Source: Camelus ferus (lineage: Eukaryota). From it: DNA of 64,000 nucleotides. The stretch spans positions 87,608,001 through 87,672,000 of the forward strand of contig NC_045697.1 in the NCBI RefSeq assembly GCF_009834535.1. The letters are read 5' to 3'. Positions 41,323 through 53,892 of the stretch are shown here, in pieces (position 1 is the first letter of the stretch; each line of letters opens with the position of its first letter). The notes under the pieces were generated by a model. It did not search any database. It was not told the origin of the DNA and saw only the letters and a list, made by a program, of their open reading frames with translations. The position numbers and the translations under genes were made by a program.

Positions 41323-41529
41323 ATTGCATTGGATCTGTAGATTGCTTTGGGTAGTGTGGCCATTTTGATGATATTGATTCTTCCAATCCAAGAGCACAAG
41401 AAGTCATTCCATTTCTTGGTACATTCTTCAATTTCCTTCATCAATGTTTTACAGTTTTCAGCATATAGGTAACCTCCTTGGTTAAGTTTATTTCTAGATA
41501 TTTTGTTGTTTTTGGTGCAATGGAAATGT
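41323..41529 (-). mobile_element. L1 ORF2 internal fragment A ([11 protein letters not shown] region)
   Basis: attgcattggatctgtagattgctttgggtag... is homologous to 25919-26130 of the L1 in this window. Confidence 0.85.
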
Positions 41530-41590
41530 TTATGCCAGTTATAAAATTCTGGTTTTTGAAATGAAAAAAAAAAGTGAATGAAGGGCCATA

Positions 41591-41770
41591 AAATGGCAAA
41601 ATATCCTTCTTTTTAATGGGTGAGTTGTATTCCATTCCATGTATATGATGCGTCTTCTTTATCCATTCATCTATTGATGTGCACTTAGGATGCTTCCATA
41701 TCTTGGCGATTATAAATAATGTTGCTGTTAACAGCGGGGTGTATGTATCTTTTGAGTTAATTCTTATTTT
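41591..41770 (-). mobile_element. L1 ORF2 C-terminal fragment B (IAKIWKHPKCTSIDEWIKK)
   Basis: Homologous to about 24696-24870 of the L1 in this window. Confidence 0.85.
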
Positions 41771-43903
41771 GTGGTTGGCTTTTATTCCTTTGATAACTAT
41801 GTAGGTTTGAAAAGCTGAAGCTCTAAATGATTTTAGAAACAATGAGTACATATATGTAAATTAAAAAAAATCATTGAGAAGTAACTGGATCATCCTGGTT
41901 TAGACCAGGGTCCAATTCTAGATCAGTCAAGTGTAGCCACTGGGAGAGGGTCATGTAAAAATGTGGCTGCTCTTGAAATAGCTGCATGGGTTGAGATGGG
42001 GGACAATTCTGGAAGAAGAGTTCCAGAACGTCCAACCTCATGTACCCCAGTATTCTAGGCGCTGTGATAGACATCTGACCAGGTATCAGTGAGGGCATAA
42101 ATGGGGCTTAGTCCTTTTGGGGGAATCAGTCACCTTTTACAGGGAAAAGGTTATACTTAAACTCGGCTTGGAAACATGTATATTTATGTATATTTACTCT
42201 TCAAGTAGATTATGGGGTGTGGGCTGGGAGAGTGCGGAGAGAGCATGGGATTGGTGAAAAAGGAAGTCTCAAGAGGCAGGTTGGGGCCAGAACAGTGAAG
42301 ATCGTATACTTCATGTTTGGTCCTGTAGACAAATACTAAAAGATATTTTTTGAAAGAAGCGCCCAGAAGTTCCTTTAGAATGTTTTACAGCTAAGAAAAC
42401 CATACATCTCACTGTTTTTCTTCTTAACATGAATTTAAGAGATAGAATTTTCTTAAGACTGACATTTTGGAAGAAGGCTTGTGCAGGTATATTTCAATGA
42501 AGTGTATGTGAAACTTTATGGATCTTTAATAAAACATATTAGCATATAGACTTTGTAATGTTGGTGAGTACTTTTTAAGGTTTTAGAAATGTGGCCTTGA
42601 AACTAGTGTCTGACCTTTGGGGGAGAGAGGAGGAAGGACTGAAAGAATGGACTAGAAGGTGTGGAAAGCGAGTTAGATTAAGAGAGGGGTTGGAAAAGAT
42701 GGGCAGAAGATAAAGATCCAGTTTTAAGCAGAAAGTAGAAGCCCCTTCCAGGAAGAAGAGATTCTAGGAACAGAAAAAAAAAGTGGTTCCAAATGTGGGT
42801 AGAAGTTTTGAGTGCTGACAATAAGGCATGGATGGTGGTATTTCTAAGCCTATAAATGAATTTCAGAATTATATTTTTTGAATCAATTGAACCTGAGAAC
42901 CAGAACTGACAGTCAATGATATTAAATTACTGCATTCTTATTAAGCGTGTTGAGTTGGGGTTTGCAAATACCAACAACCGCCCAATTAACTGGGGAGCAG
43001 ACATGAGGACTGGGGCCTTGGCTTTTATGTCTTTCAGTGTGGCTGCCTTAGGGTTGAGCACATAAAAAGAGTGACTTATTGATTGATTTCTAGCAACTTG
43101 ACTAGTATCTCTTTTATGGCATAGTAGATATGTACTTAGCAAAGATGCATTTAAATTAATTTCTTGACTGGAAAACTAAGTTTAAGTAATCAGGGTTTTC
43201 TCTAAATAGTGGACTGATTTCTTTCTTACCTTTACAAGCAGAGCAGGGAACCAAGACCAATAACATAGTGCATGATTAGATATTCGTTTCTGGTTTGGAG
43301 AGGATTTGCTTAAAGTGGAGCAGATTTCAGAATGACAAAACGAGTTTCCCTGGCCAGTCTGTTATCAAGCTTTTGTTTGTGATACTTGATTATGTACTTT
43401 GGCTGCAGAAACCAAACATATGTTCCAATCCAATTTAGCCTCTGCTCAGAGCCATTCTCCTTATTTGTCCAAAAGTTCCAGAACTAAATTTTTGTTTTTG
43501 CACTCACTCTGAGCATTCAGTCCCCCATGTATTTCAGGGACAACAGGCACTCAGGGATCTGGGTTTGACTCATGGCTTTTATATTTAAGAAGCAGGACAT
43601 GCTATTTTAGTCATTTTTAATGGTGGCAAGCTGGACGCCAGATGTTTCAAAGGATAAAGTATCCTACTCTCGTGGAATCACATGCAGTGTAGATTTGTTT
43701 TCTGACGTAGATGGAAGTCACTCAGGCTCCTATATAATATAGTTTAAGCAAAACGCTTCCTTTTCACTGTCTATGCTTCCAATAATCTCACACCTCTAAT
43801 GCAAAAGTCTTTAGCATATTCTATATTTTGCCTCAGAGAAGAATACCTTTAGAACCCCAGGTTATGTACCTATGGAAATAGAGACAACCCAGTCTTTCCC
43901 TTC

Positions 43904-44288
43904 TGCTGTGGGGAAAACCCTGCTCTTCCCTACTCTGTTTTACTCCTTGTGTGTCTCCTTATTACTTGCAGAACACATCACTTCTGACACTTTTGGTCAC
44001 CAAGTGTGTGGAGGTTTTTCCTCACAACAAGTGATCCTCTGTGACACCAGCTGGGTCCTATAATTTAACTCAATTCTCATCCTATGTACCTGGACATAGT
44101 GTCACATCCCACAGGTTAAGGGCTCAATCCCACAAGACGGACTTCCCCCTTCCCTCCATCAGACACCAGTCGCAAACTCAAATTATCACCTGTTCTTCTG
44201 ACCAACTGGCTATAGATCAGCAGTTCCATTGACCGCTTCCTTTGGTTGGATTAATTTGCTAGGGTGGCTCTCAGAACTCAGGGAAGAC
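43904..44288 (-). mobile_element. MER21-family LTR, 3' half
   Basis: cacttctgacacttttggtcacca...ggttaagggctcaatcccacaagac...cagaactcagggaa aligns with 53050-53348 of the intact copy. Confidence 0.85.
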
Positions 44289-44467
44289 CTTCAGAAGAGA
44301 GGTCACAGGTGGTGAAACATCAAGCTAGGAGGCACCTAGGTCCCTGAAGGCTTCGTGGAGCACAGCCTTGCTAATCACACTGAATTTTTTTCCTCCAGAC
44401 ATAGAACAGAGACATAAACAACCTCATTTTTAGTTTTAGTGTTAAAACCAACTGTCCTCCCAATATA
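44286..44467 (+). mobile_element. MLT1J-like LTR, 3' part
   Basis: gaccttcagaagag...cctaggtccctgaaggcttcgtggagc...cctcccaatata. Confidence 0.65.
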
Positions 44468-45067
44468 TCATCCAGCACATTTTTTACAGTGCCTTAACTC
44501 AAAATGTTTCCAGATGCAGTTTGTTTTTTGCTTTTGTTTTTTAAATATCTCCATAGTTTTAAAAAGAAAAAAAAAGCTAAGGCTGCCGTGGACATGAGTT
44601 TCCCGCATATTTATTTTTCAAGCAAAAGAAAAGCAGGGAGTTTTTTCCTCTCCCTTGTTTTGCCAGTTACTCTCACATCACAGCCTATCTTACCCTTCTC
44701 ACCTAGTCTATTCCCTGGAGTGTTTAGTGATCTACAGGATGAATTTTTCAGCAAATAGTTATAACATATGCAAAAATGAAGTGTTCCTGGAGCTTTGGAG
44801 AGCTCTGAAAACACTGTTTGAGAGCAGCCATCTCAGGACTGCAAGCCTTTTCATCAGTTAAGGGATCAGAGGTCAGCACCAACATCTTCTGGGCTCAAAT
44901 TCTCAGCCCCCAAATTTAGCATTAGAAACTTATTTTTAAAACATTTTAAATATGCATCTAAATATTAATCAGTATTCCCCAAATGTGTTCACTCCTGTGA
45001 AGAGCTACTCCTGTGAAAAGTTATTTATAGTCACATAAAGTTCCTTGTTTATATGCGTATATGCATC

Positions 45068-45069
<2 letters not shown>

Positions 45070-45103
<34 letters not shown>

Positions 45104-45116
45104 GCGCGCGCGCGTA
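45070..45116. repeat. (CA)15(CG)7 compound microsatellite
   Basis: Direct reading. Uninterrupted purine/pyrimidine alternation. Confidence 0.95.
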
Positions 45117-45524
45117 AGGTTTATGAGGTCAGGAATAGTATTTGGCACATGTATTTACTCGATAACTATTTATAGAATGAATTGGTGCAAAGCTTCTTGG
45201 GCTACCTGTTTTTATTCATCTGTTTATCTCTTCCATCCTCCTTCTAAACCTTGGTTGATGGCAGGGAGGAGAATGAGGAAGACTCTTAGGACAGGAATCA
45301 GGATAATTAAAGCAGAGAGAACCACTTAATTAAATACGAGATCACCTGTATTCTCCATTCAAAGGAACTCCAGTAGACACAAAATTAGTCTCTTCCCCTC
45401 CAGAATCACACACCCTGTTTAGATCATTCCACCAAAAGTTCTGCACTGATCTTGTCACACACTTGCCTTAAATCTTCCATCCTTGGCAACTGGTTCACCA
45501 GAGCACCATCATTCAATGATGGAA

Positions 45525-45760
45525 TGGTTGAAAAGAGGTTGGGTTTCACAGTCAGGGAGACCCAGATTCAAAGCTCTTTCATCATTTAGTTGAGGAAGTG
45601 AATCCAGCCCTTTAATTCTCCTCTCTCTCTCTCTATCTCCCTCTCGCCCTCTCTCTCTTTTCCTGTTAAACCAAGATGATAGTCTTAAGGACCTTGTTGG
45701 ATTATTGCAAGGATTAAGTCAGACACTAGTGCAGTGTCTGGCACGTGACAACACCCAGCG
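45525..45760 (+). mobile_element. MIR SINE with an internal CT tract
   Basis: ggttgaaaagaggttgggtttcacagtcagggagacccagattcaaa...ttgcaaggattaag...cagtgtctggcacgtg. Confidence 0.55.
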
Positions 45761-46361
45761 TGCAGAGGACGGTGCTTGTGGCTATGAGTTCTGGTGGCAG
45801 GCAGGCTGTTACGGGCTTCTCTGGGATGTGAGTGGCTGGCATCCCTGGGTGGATGAAGAGGCACGTATCAGGTCAACTTTCTAGTTCTGCTTTTCTCATC
45901 TGAAAATTAAAGAAATGGCCCAGAGAAATCATCTGTCCAACTCTAGTATTTGACTAGTGTTTTGCTATGACTCTGTTAAAATAATTGAAAAAAAAAAATT
46001 CAACACGTATTTCTTTTTTCTTAATCAGAATTTAGGGGAAATAGCATATTTGTACTGGATATTTCTCACTTGTGACTCACTGGTTGGATGACTTTTGCCA
46101 AGTCTAAATATATTAAACTTCATACTCCACATTTATCAAATAATTGGCGATTCTGTGATTCACAAAACCAACAAGAGTATTGAGAAAACCTTTTAACAAA
46201 TGCAGAAAGAACTCATGCAAAATATGGTTTGTTGCCTTAACTGTATGATTCTCTGAAATAGTTTTATAAATTTAACACATAATACAATTCTCTTTAATGA
46301 AAATTATTTTTAACTTTTGACCTAAATTTGCTCACTATTTCAAACATTGGGATCCACGAGC

Positions 46362-46883
46362 TGTAGTAAATAAGCATGAGAAAATAGAAAATAAATATAT
46401 TGGTCTCTGCCCTAGGTTCCTGGCAGAGTCCTAATACCCTTGTAATTTCTTAAATGATAAGAGACTAGGAGCATCTTTTGTTCTAATATCTGGTCTTTGA
46501 CCTTGGTTCCTTACACAAGGCTCCTGAAACCCTTACAATTTGCTGGGTGATAGGAGTGTTTTCTGTTTTAATGAGGCAACTCTGTTTAGGCTCCTGGTTG
46601 TGGGCTGGTCACAGGAAAGACCAAGCCATGATTAGAAGCTTGGAATTTTCAGCCCTACTCCCCATTCTCTTGAGAAGGGAAAGGGACTGAAAATAGAGTT
46701 ACTGATCAATCATGCCCACATGAAGCCTCTATAAAATCCAAAATGTACAGGGTTCAGAGACCTTCCAGCTTGTTGAACACATCCACACTGGAAGGGCTAT
46801 ACACCCTAGCTCCACAGAGGCAGAAGCTCCTGGTATCGGGACCCTCTCAGACCTTGTCCTACGTATCTCTTCATCTGGTTCAC
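46362..46883 (+). mobile_element. MER21-family LTR, 5' half (opposite orientation to 43904-44288)
   Basis: aaatatattggtctctgcc...ggctggtcacaggaaagaccaagccatgattagaagcttgg...atctcttcatctgg. Its reverse complement matches about 53400-53790 of the intact copy. Confidence 0.85.
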
Positions 46884-47184
46884 CCCACGGTCCAAGAAGG
46901 CTGCTTAAGCTCCAGCCATCATGCCACTTTTCAAGTAGTGGAGGAGGAGAAGGAAGGAGACAACCCCGCCCTCTCCCTTTAAGGATATTTATCATAAGTT
47001 GCACACATTACTTCTATTAACATCTCTCAGGCCAGACTTTAGACAAATGGCTATACCTAAACACAGAGTGGCTGGGAAAAAACTCTTTGTTCCAGGTGGC
47101 CAAATGCCCAACTAGCTCAGGAATCCCATGACTAGAGAAAACTAAAGGATAGTGAGGGACAAAACTATCCCAGTTTCTGCCACA
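46880..47184 (-). mobile_element. MLT1J-like LTR, 5' part
   Basis: ggtccaagaaggctgcttaagctccagccatca...ggctgggaaa...ttctgccaca (reverse complement TGTGGCAGA is the LTR start). Confidence 0.75.
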
Positions 47185-50100
47185 GCTGACTCCCACTTCT
47201 CTCTCCATCCCAAGTTCCACACGTCGATATTTTAAAATCCAGAATGAGCATGCTTTCAATGAAATCTATTCTTCCCAAATTGTTTCTGAGATGCAGAACA
47301 CCTTTTAATGCCCCGAGACACATTGTGGGCTGAGGCTGGTATTAGAACAAGAGGAATGCCAAATGAATTTGCAGCTTGCTCTGGATCCCACTGAAGTTTC
47401 ACAGGAACAATAGCATCATCTATGCATGACCCCATTCTCTTCCTAACGATGCCTTGAAGTTGCAAAACAATTCACTTTCCTTCCTGCACCTGGAACCCTG
47501 CTGCGCCATTGCCTGACTCACTCCAAATTAAGAAACAAGAAACGGTTGGGACCTGGGACCTGAACTCCTGCTGCCTGACCTCTGGAGGATTTTCTCTTTT
47601 GGAGGTTTAATAGGTGTCATCAGCCCAGTAGGGGAGACTCTTGGCAAACCTGAGACGTTCTCCTTCCGGAAGCTCACTGATCCTGTCTCTGTGAAAGGGC
47701 CAAATTTGTCAGTGTGGGAAAAGAATTTTGAGAAGTATTGTGAAGTAAACTGTTTTGCCATGCTCTGAATACTGACCCTTCGTAATAAAAGCCTCTTATC
47801 TTTTCAAACATGGCATTGAATCATCTCTTTAAATAATTAGCCAGGAGAGGGACAAGATGCAGGAGTTCACGTAGCTCTTTGCAAAGGAAAACTTCAGTGG
47901 ACGTAGGTACATTGGGAACAAGTGAATCAAATCACGGTGGTTCAGCTTTTCATACTTAAACACTGGGATTGTTCTTTCAAAGATTTTCTATGCATCTGCC
48001 CACCTAGGGGAGATTTATTCTTAGACATTTTTCAAGTTAAATATTTGTTACCATTAGAGAGTACCCCTGTTCTTCAATTATTTTTTTTCTCTTGGTCTCT
48101 TCCCTCATCTACTTTAAGAATGATCCAAAAGTTCCACTCAGTGAGTGTGGGAAGGCACAGCGCCGGAGGAGGGAAAGAATGACAAAAACTGATGGAAGGC
48201 CGTCAGAAACGTCTGCCAAGAGATGTCTAGAAGAGGTTGATAATGCTCCAGCACTAAAAATGTCTTTACCTTGAAGACATCCAGCTACTGTGTGGAGTTT
48301 AAATGATCTATCTAAAAGCAGCAATTCTGATTTTAGTTGTCTTTTTAAGACATGCATTACTTATCATTTATTTTCATTTCTCATTTTCTGTAAGAGAAAA
48401 TTAGCTCATGACAACAAAAATCTTAGCATTAATTGTGGGAATAAAAATTTATAAAAACAATAGCACAAAGCATTATAAGATACGTGCAATTATACTACGC
48501 AAGATTCTTGCAGTGTCTGTGAAGTGGTCCACGGTAGTTCTAACTAGAGTGAGAAGCAGTACACATAGAAATATTTGGCTGGACCAAGTTTGTTCTCAGA
48601 TGTCGATCAGTTTTCTGAGTTTTACAAAGCGTTACTTGTTGTACCTTGTCCTTTACAGCCATGGTTATATCGGTTTCCAAATTCAGAACTGTGACAACAT
48701 TCCAGCAGAGTATCAAAGTCGTTTTTACGCTCTTTGACAAAGAAGAAAAGAAAATGTATTGGGTGAAGTATGAGAGAATTCTCCCCCTCCTAAACTTCCT
48801 CCCACCAGAAAGGAACAAAATTACAAACAAAGGAACCAGAAAATAAATGTGTGTCTGGGAATCTGAGGGATTAATGTCCTTATGTTATACCTGTTTCGGT
48901 GAATGCTTGCAGGGGAAGTGTCTGCCTGTTCCTCAAATGTCACAGCTTTCCTTGCGTCCCTCTCGGTGGATCCAGTTTCTCGGCAGTACCAATTAGCCCT
49001 TATTGTTTCCAGTATTTTCAATGGACAAGAATCATCTGGTACATAGTCCTTGGCGAGGCTGGAGGCCGCGTGCAGCTGGCCGCAGCTGTGCTAGAGCAGC
49101 CTGAGAACTGAACTGTTCGCAGAAGGTGGTTTCAGAAGGCATTTGCCAGTGGAACAGACGGCGGGCTCTGGGCCAGGCTCAGCTGGTGCGGGGGGTTAAC
49201 CTTCTGGAGGGAGGACACTGGTCTTTGGTGGCTACAGAGATGGAGCCACACAGACGGTAGTGTGTTCACTACCCTTACAGCCTGTTTCACGCTGACTCTC
49301 AGCCTCTCCTGGGTCAAGTAGCTGTGCCTCGTACTGTGAAAGGCCATGCCCTATTCATTCCCGCCTTTTAAGGCTTTTCACCACAGATTCCTCTTTGGAG
49401 ACGTCCTAGCAGTGACGGCACATTTTTCTTTAATATTTGAGTGTGTGTTTATATGGACTCTTTAAATAACTTGCGTGTGATTGATTCTGCAAAGCATGTC
49501 ATGTCCTGTTTGGGGAGTGCTAGTCCTTACGGCATGCAAACTCGTGCCAGATTGTCTCTCTGGGGCAGCAGTGGATCGGGAATAATTCAGATGAACAGAA
49601 CAAAGAGTATGGATTGGCAGGAGGGGCTTGGTTTGGTTTGGTTTGACAGGTGAGGGAAGGAGTTTGAATTTGCAGAGTAAGAAGGCATGGGATATCAGAG
49701 ATTAGAATGAGAAAAGGCCAAGCCCAGAGAAGAAGCATCAACAGCAAGAATTTTTCATCCATCACTGAGATATCAAAATAGGTGGGGTCCTATTTAATCA
49801 TCGACACTGGAATAGGTGGTAACGTAGCCCAGAGGAGACACTGAGACAAGCTTTTGGCCAAACAGAAGATGTTTTCACTTTTTCCTCCTGTGTACTTCCG
49901 ACTACGTGTGGGTGCTTGTTGCCAAAGGGACCCTCATGGGCTGTCCGCTCCTGATTTAGCGATGCCAGAGGTAGTCAGCCTTCTGCGAAGCACTTCCGCA
50001 CATCTATCTGAAGTTGGTCGTGGCTTTATGACTATCACTTATTTTGAAAATTCACTGCAAAGTGAACTTACTTTGGAAGTTTGCTTAAAATTCTCCCCCA

Positions 50101-52439
50101 GTATAAGCAGAGGATAATTTTAACTGATTTTCAGAATTCAAAGAAGTAGTTAAACTGTTACCCTTCCCTGCTTCTCTGTGGATTGAAGAAGAAAGCTTAA
50201 TAGTTACAATGAAGGACCAAAATGTTGGAAGACTTTCCATTCAGTTTAATGTCTTCTGTGGTGGTGTAACACAGCATTTTCCTGAGACAGCGAAATCAAT
50301 CATGCAGAATTGGCGTGTAAAATAAAATAGTAACAGGATATTGCAGTTGAGAAAAAAACCATGAAGATAAAAGCTGCCGAAGGTTGAAATTTCTTGATGG
50401 CATTAAAGAAGATAGTGCAGCTCTGGCTAAATCTCTGAAACCAAACTGGTAGATCCGGGCTATGCTGTCTGTGTGTGTTGAGGGGAGCCGAGGGCCAGTC
50501 CTCTCACCTTCTCTTTCTGTCTTGCTGGTGTCTTTATCCATTATTTTCAGGGCTGCTGGCAAATGAATACAATGAGTCTGAGAGGAAGCTTGCTCTGTGG
50601 TTCTGGGGGCCCAAAGAAAGGGTTAACAATCCAAGCCCAACTTTTGGCATCTTTCCTGACTGGGTCAAAGCCTGCAGGGGTAAGAGGCGAGGCTACCTCT
50701 CCCCTCTCTAGGGCTGCAAGGAGGGTCGAGGGCCTCAGGAAGCTCAGGCCAAGAATGTCCTCTCAGCGTCCCTCACGTCCATGCATCTAGCTGAATGATG
50801 TGGGCTGGCCACACTGTCCACTGGGCAACAGCATTTTTATTGCTTCAGTATACTTAGCTCTCTGTCTCTACCCAAAGAATAATTCAACCTTCCTTTTGAG
50901 TTCCTGCCACAGAAAGTTCTGAGAGATTCATGCATTTTTAAAAATGAGTGCTCATTGAGTGCTTTTGTGCACACCGAACCGAACTCTGAGCTGTGGCAGT
51001 AGGAAGGATTTAAAAGACGTTGCCCCTGCCCCGTGACTGTCCTTACACCTGCAGTGACATCAAGGTATGGATGGCAGTGTGAAAGCAGTGGAAGGGGTCG
51101 TGGCAGGAGACCTAGAGTTAGCGAAATGGTAAAGACAACTTTCATGAAAACCAAGCATTATACAGGCCAGATTTTCACAGACTCTGGTACTTTTTTTTTT
51201 TTTTTTCCTATGCCCCTTCCCTGACGTTACTGTAAGCCGTGGGGACGGAGGCATGGCTGATATATACACTTACTCCTTTCCCACAGTTGCTTTCTCTTAA
51301 TTTCATGCAGACACCAAGACGAGTGGGAAAAGGCCAATGAGAAAATTCTCAGCGGGAAAACCCCCACACATACTATTTGCATTTCTAATGAGAAAACCCA
51401 AAGGGAAAAAAGGTACTCAATACACAGGATGCTGGCAAAATACTTCACTAGGATGTGGCTTTGGCCAGGTGACTATTTCTGCTGGGATAGGATTGTTTTA
51501 TGTTTATAATCATCTCTTGATCTCCCTTGTACACTGTCCGTTATTGTCCCTTTTCTGTTCATTGAAAACTTACGTAGAAACACACAGTACATGCTGTTCT
51601 GTGTTCCTTCTAGGTGAGCTTGGAGCGTTTTCGGGAGAACACATGCAATTCTTCCACAAGACTTAGCTGTTGAGATAGAAATTCTTTCTCTTTGCCCCCA
51701 AACGTGAGTCTGAAGTTGGCATATCACTAGCTTTCAGGGTCCACAGAGTCCCTAGAAATGGAAGAAATGCACTCCCACAGTCACATGGATCAAATCCAAG
51801 TATTGGTTTCATTCGTTACCTGGGGACCCCTTGACAGTTTTTCATCCCAAGGGATGTGGCCGGCTTACATGCAGGGCCAGTGCTTTGTCTCCACCTGTCA
51901 CTCTCACTTTTCTACCTCCCGGAGCAGAACGTGAAGACGACACGGCGATCGGGTAGCTGCCGTGGAGCACAGCGTTCTGTGTATCTCTGCAACAGAAAGG
52001 CCCAGTGAAGTAGTAGGCCTGGCGGACTTTTGTCATTTGGAGCGATTATGTTGAATGGCCCTTAGCTTTGGTTTTGGCTTTGTACCAGCATGCATAGCCA
52101 AGGGGTCAATACGGTGACTCTGAGGAGTCCAGATACCATTCTGTCATAATGACTATAACATGGTGTGAATGTGGAAACCAGAAAGTTCATTTTCGAAGTC
52201 TGAAGGCAGCTGAGAACCGATGAGGGTAACAGAGCCAAGCTTACTTCCAGCCTTGGCTGTTCATGCTAGGACATTCTTCTCTCATTACTCCATCGGGACC
52301 GGATAGGAAGAAAGGTGCTTGGCAGGTATCCTCAGGAGTCCTGCTAGTGAAAAGAGCAGGAGCTCAGCTTACACACTAAGTGCAAGCATGTATCACCCGT
52401 GAAAAGACTTGCTGACCATGTTCAGCGCTGGAGATTACG

Positions 52440-52587
52440 GCAGCTTCTCAGACTTTACTGTGTCTACAAATCCTCAGAGATTTAGTGGATCCAAGGTGGA
52501 GCCCAGATAGTCTGCAGATTTAGCAAGTTCCCTGGAGATGCTGATGCTGTTGGTCTGGGGACCACACTTGGGTACCAAGGCACTAGA
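52440..52587. mobile_element. MER5A hAT-Charlie element
   Basis: caagttccctggagatgctgatgctgttggtctggggaccacactt. Confidence 0.75.
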
Positions 52588-52993
52588 TTGTGATGGTGAA
52601 GTGGCCTGGATGTCAGATCTAATAACAATACCAACGGGTTAATTTATCTCTGATTCCTGGAATCGACTGTGTTCTGAATCTTAGTTGACCTCCTTTTAAA
52701 TATTTGCTGTTGGTCAGGAAGAGGATTTGGTGTTGACAGAAGAATGACAGGTCTAGGGTAGAGGGTGTTTGGGATGGTCCCAGGTACCGGGGTAGCCCTC
52801 GTATGCTCATTCTCCCATAATCCCTTAAGCGCTACCAGTTAGAGAGTCATTTGTATGAACAAATAGTGCCTTTAAAATGTTGAATCGTAGTTTAAGTTAG
52901 TTTTGCTAGCTGGCTTACTTCTAACTGGAAACTGCTGATGGGAGAGAGGGATCGTTAAGGAAAACCTGGGATAAGAATAAGAATTTAAAGGCT

Positions 52994-53892
52994 TGTTTAG
53001 GAAGAACACTCCTGTGTGTTTCCTTTACTCTCACATGGCTACCACACTTCACTTCTGACATTTCTGGTCACCAAATATGTGCCCCCCCACCCGCGCCAAG
53101 CAATTCTCTGACACCAGCTGAGTGTTCTACAATTTAATTAAATTCTGACACTGTCTACCTGCAGGTACTGTCAGATCCCACGGGTTAAGGGCTCAGTCCC
53201 ACAAGACTGGCCTCCCCCAACTTCAGATGCCAATTGCAGGTCACCAACAGTCACTTGTACTGCTGACTGACCAGCTATACATCAGGTTCCCATGACCCCT
53301 ACTTGGGTTTGATAGTTTGCTAGAATGGCTTACAGAACTCAGGGAAACATTTACATTTACTGTTTCGTAATAGAAGGATATGATAAAGGATACAGACGGG
53401 CATTCAGATGGAAGAGATGTGTAGTGCAAGTTATGGGGGAGGGGGTGTGGAGCTTCCATGAGCTCGTTGGCACCATCTCTCGGTCCTCCATGTGTTCAGC
53501 AACCTAGAAGCTCTCTGAACCCCATTCTTTGGGGATTTTTATGGAGGCTTCATCACACAGGCATGATCGATCCTTAATTCAGCCTCCAGTCCGTTATCCT
53601 CTCCTGGAGGATGGGAAGTGGGTCTGCAGCTTCCAAGCTTTTAATAATCGTGGCTTGTTCTTTCTGGTGACCAGCCATATCTGGACGCTTTCTAAGATCA
53701 CCTCATTGGTACAGAAGAGACTCATGTCACCCAAGAAATTCCAAGGCATTTAAGAGTTCTGTACCCGGAACTAAGGCAAGAAGCAAATATATATAGACCA
53801 ATATATATAGAAATGTGTGTGTGTGTGTATAAATATACATGTGTGTATGTGTCTGTGTGTGTGTGTGTACACAGTTTTCCTATTACTTCACA
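52994..53892 (-). mobile_element. Near full-length MER21-family solo LTR with an internal TG microsatellite
   Basis: TG...CA ends. Contains both halves that are seen split at 43904-44288 and 46362-46883. Confidence 0.85.

Larger units (their letters stand above)
40980..42020 (-). mobile_element. MLT1K/L-like MaLR LTR interrupted at about 41320-41864
   Basis: gttagaactctttgggttgtatgtgacagactcaacttaaactagtttaag at the start. Resumes with cctggtttagaccagggtccaattctagatcagtcaagtgtagcc. Confidence 0.55.

Noticed and set aside
49102..49125. tgagaactgaa resembling the 5' end of miR-146
   Set aside because: Only the first 11 nt match, the rest diverges, and no convincing precursor hairpin is visible.
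43904..53892. MER21 LTRs at 43904 and 52994 as the two ends of one provirus
   Set aside because: No gag/pol/env-like internal sequence lies between them, the copies are clearly diverged, and the first is explained as a split solo LTR.
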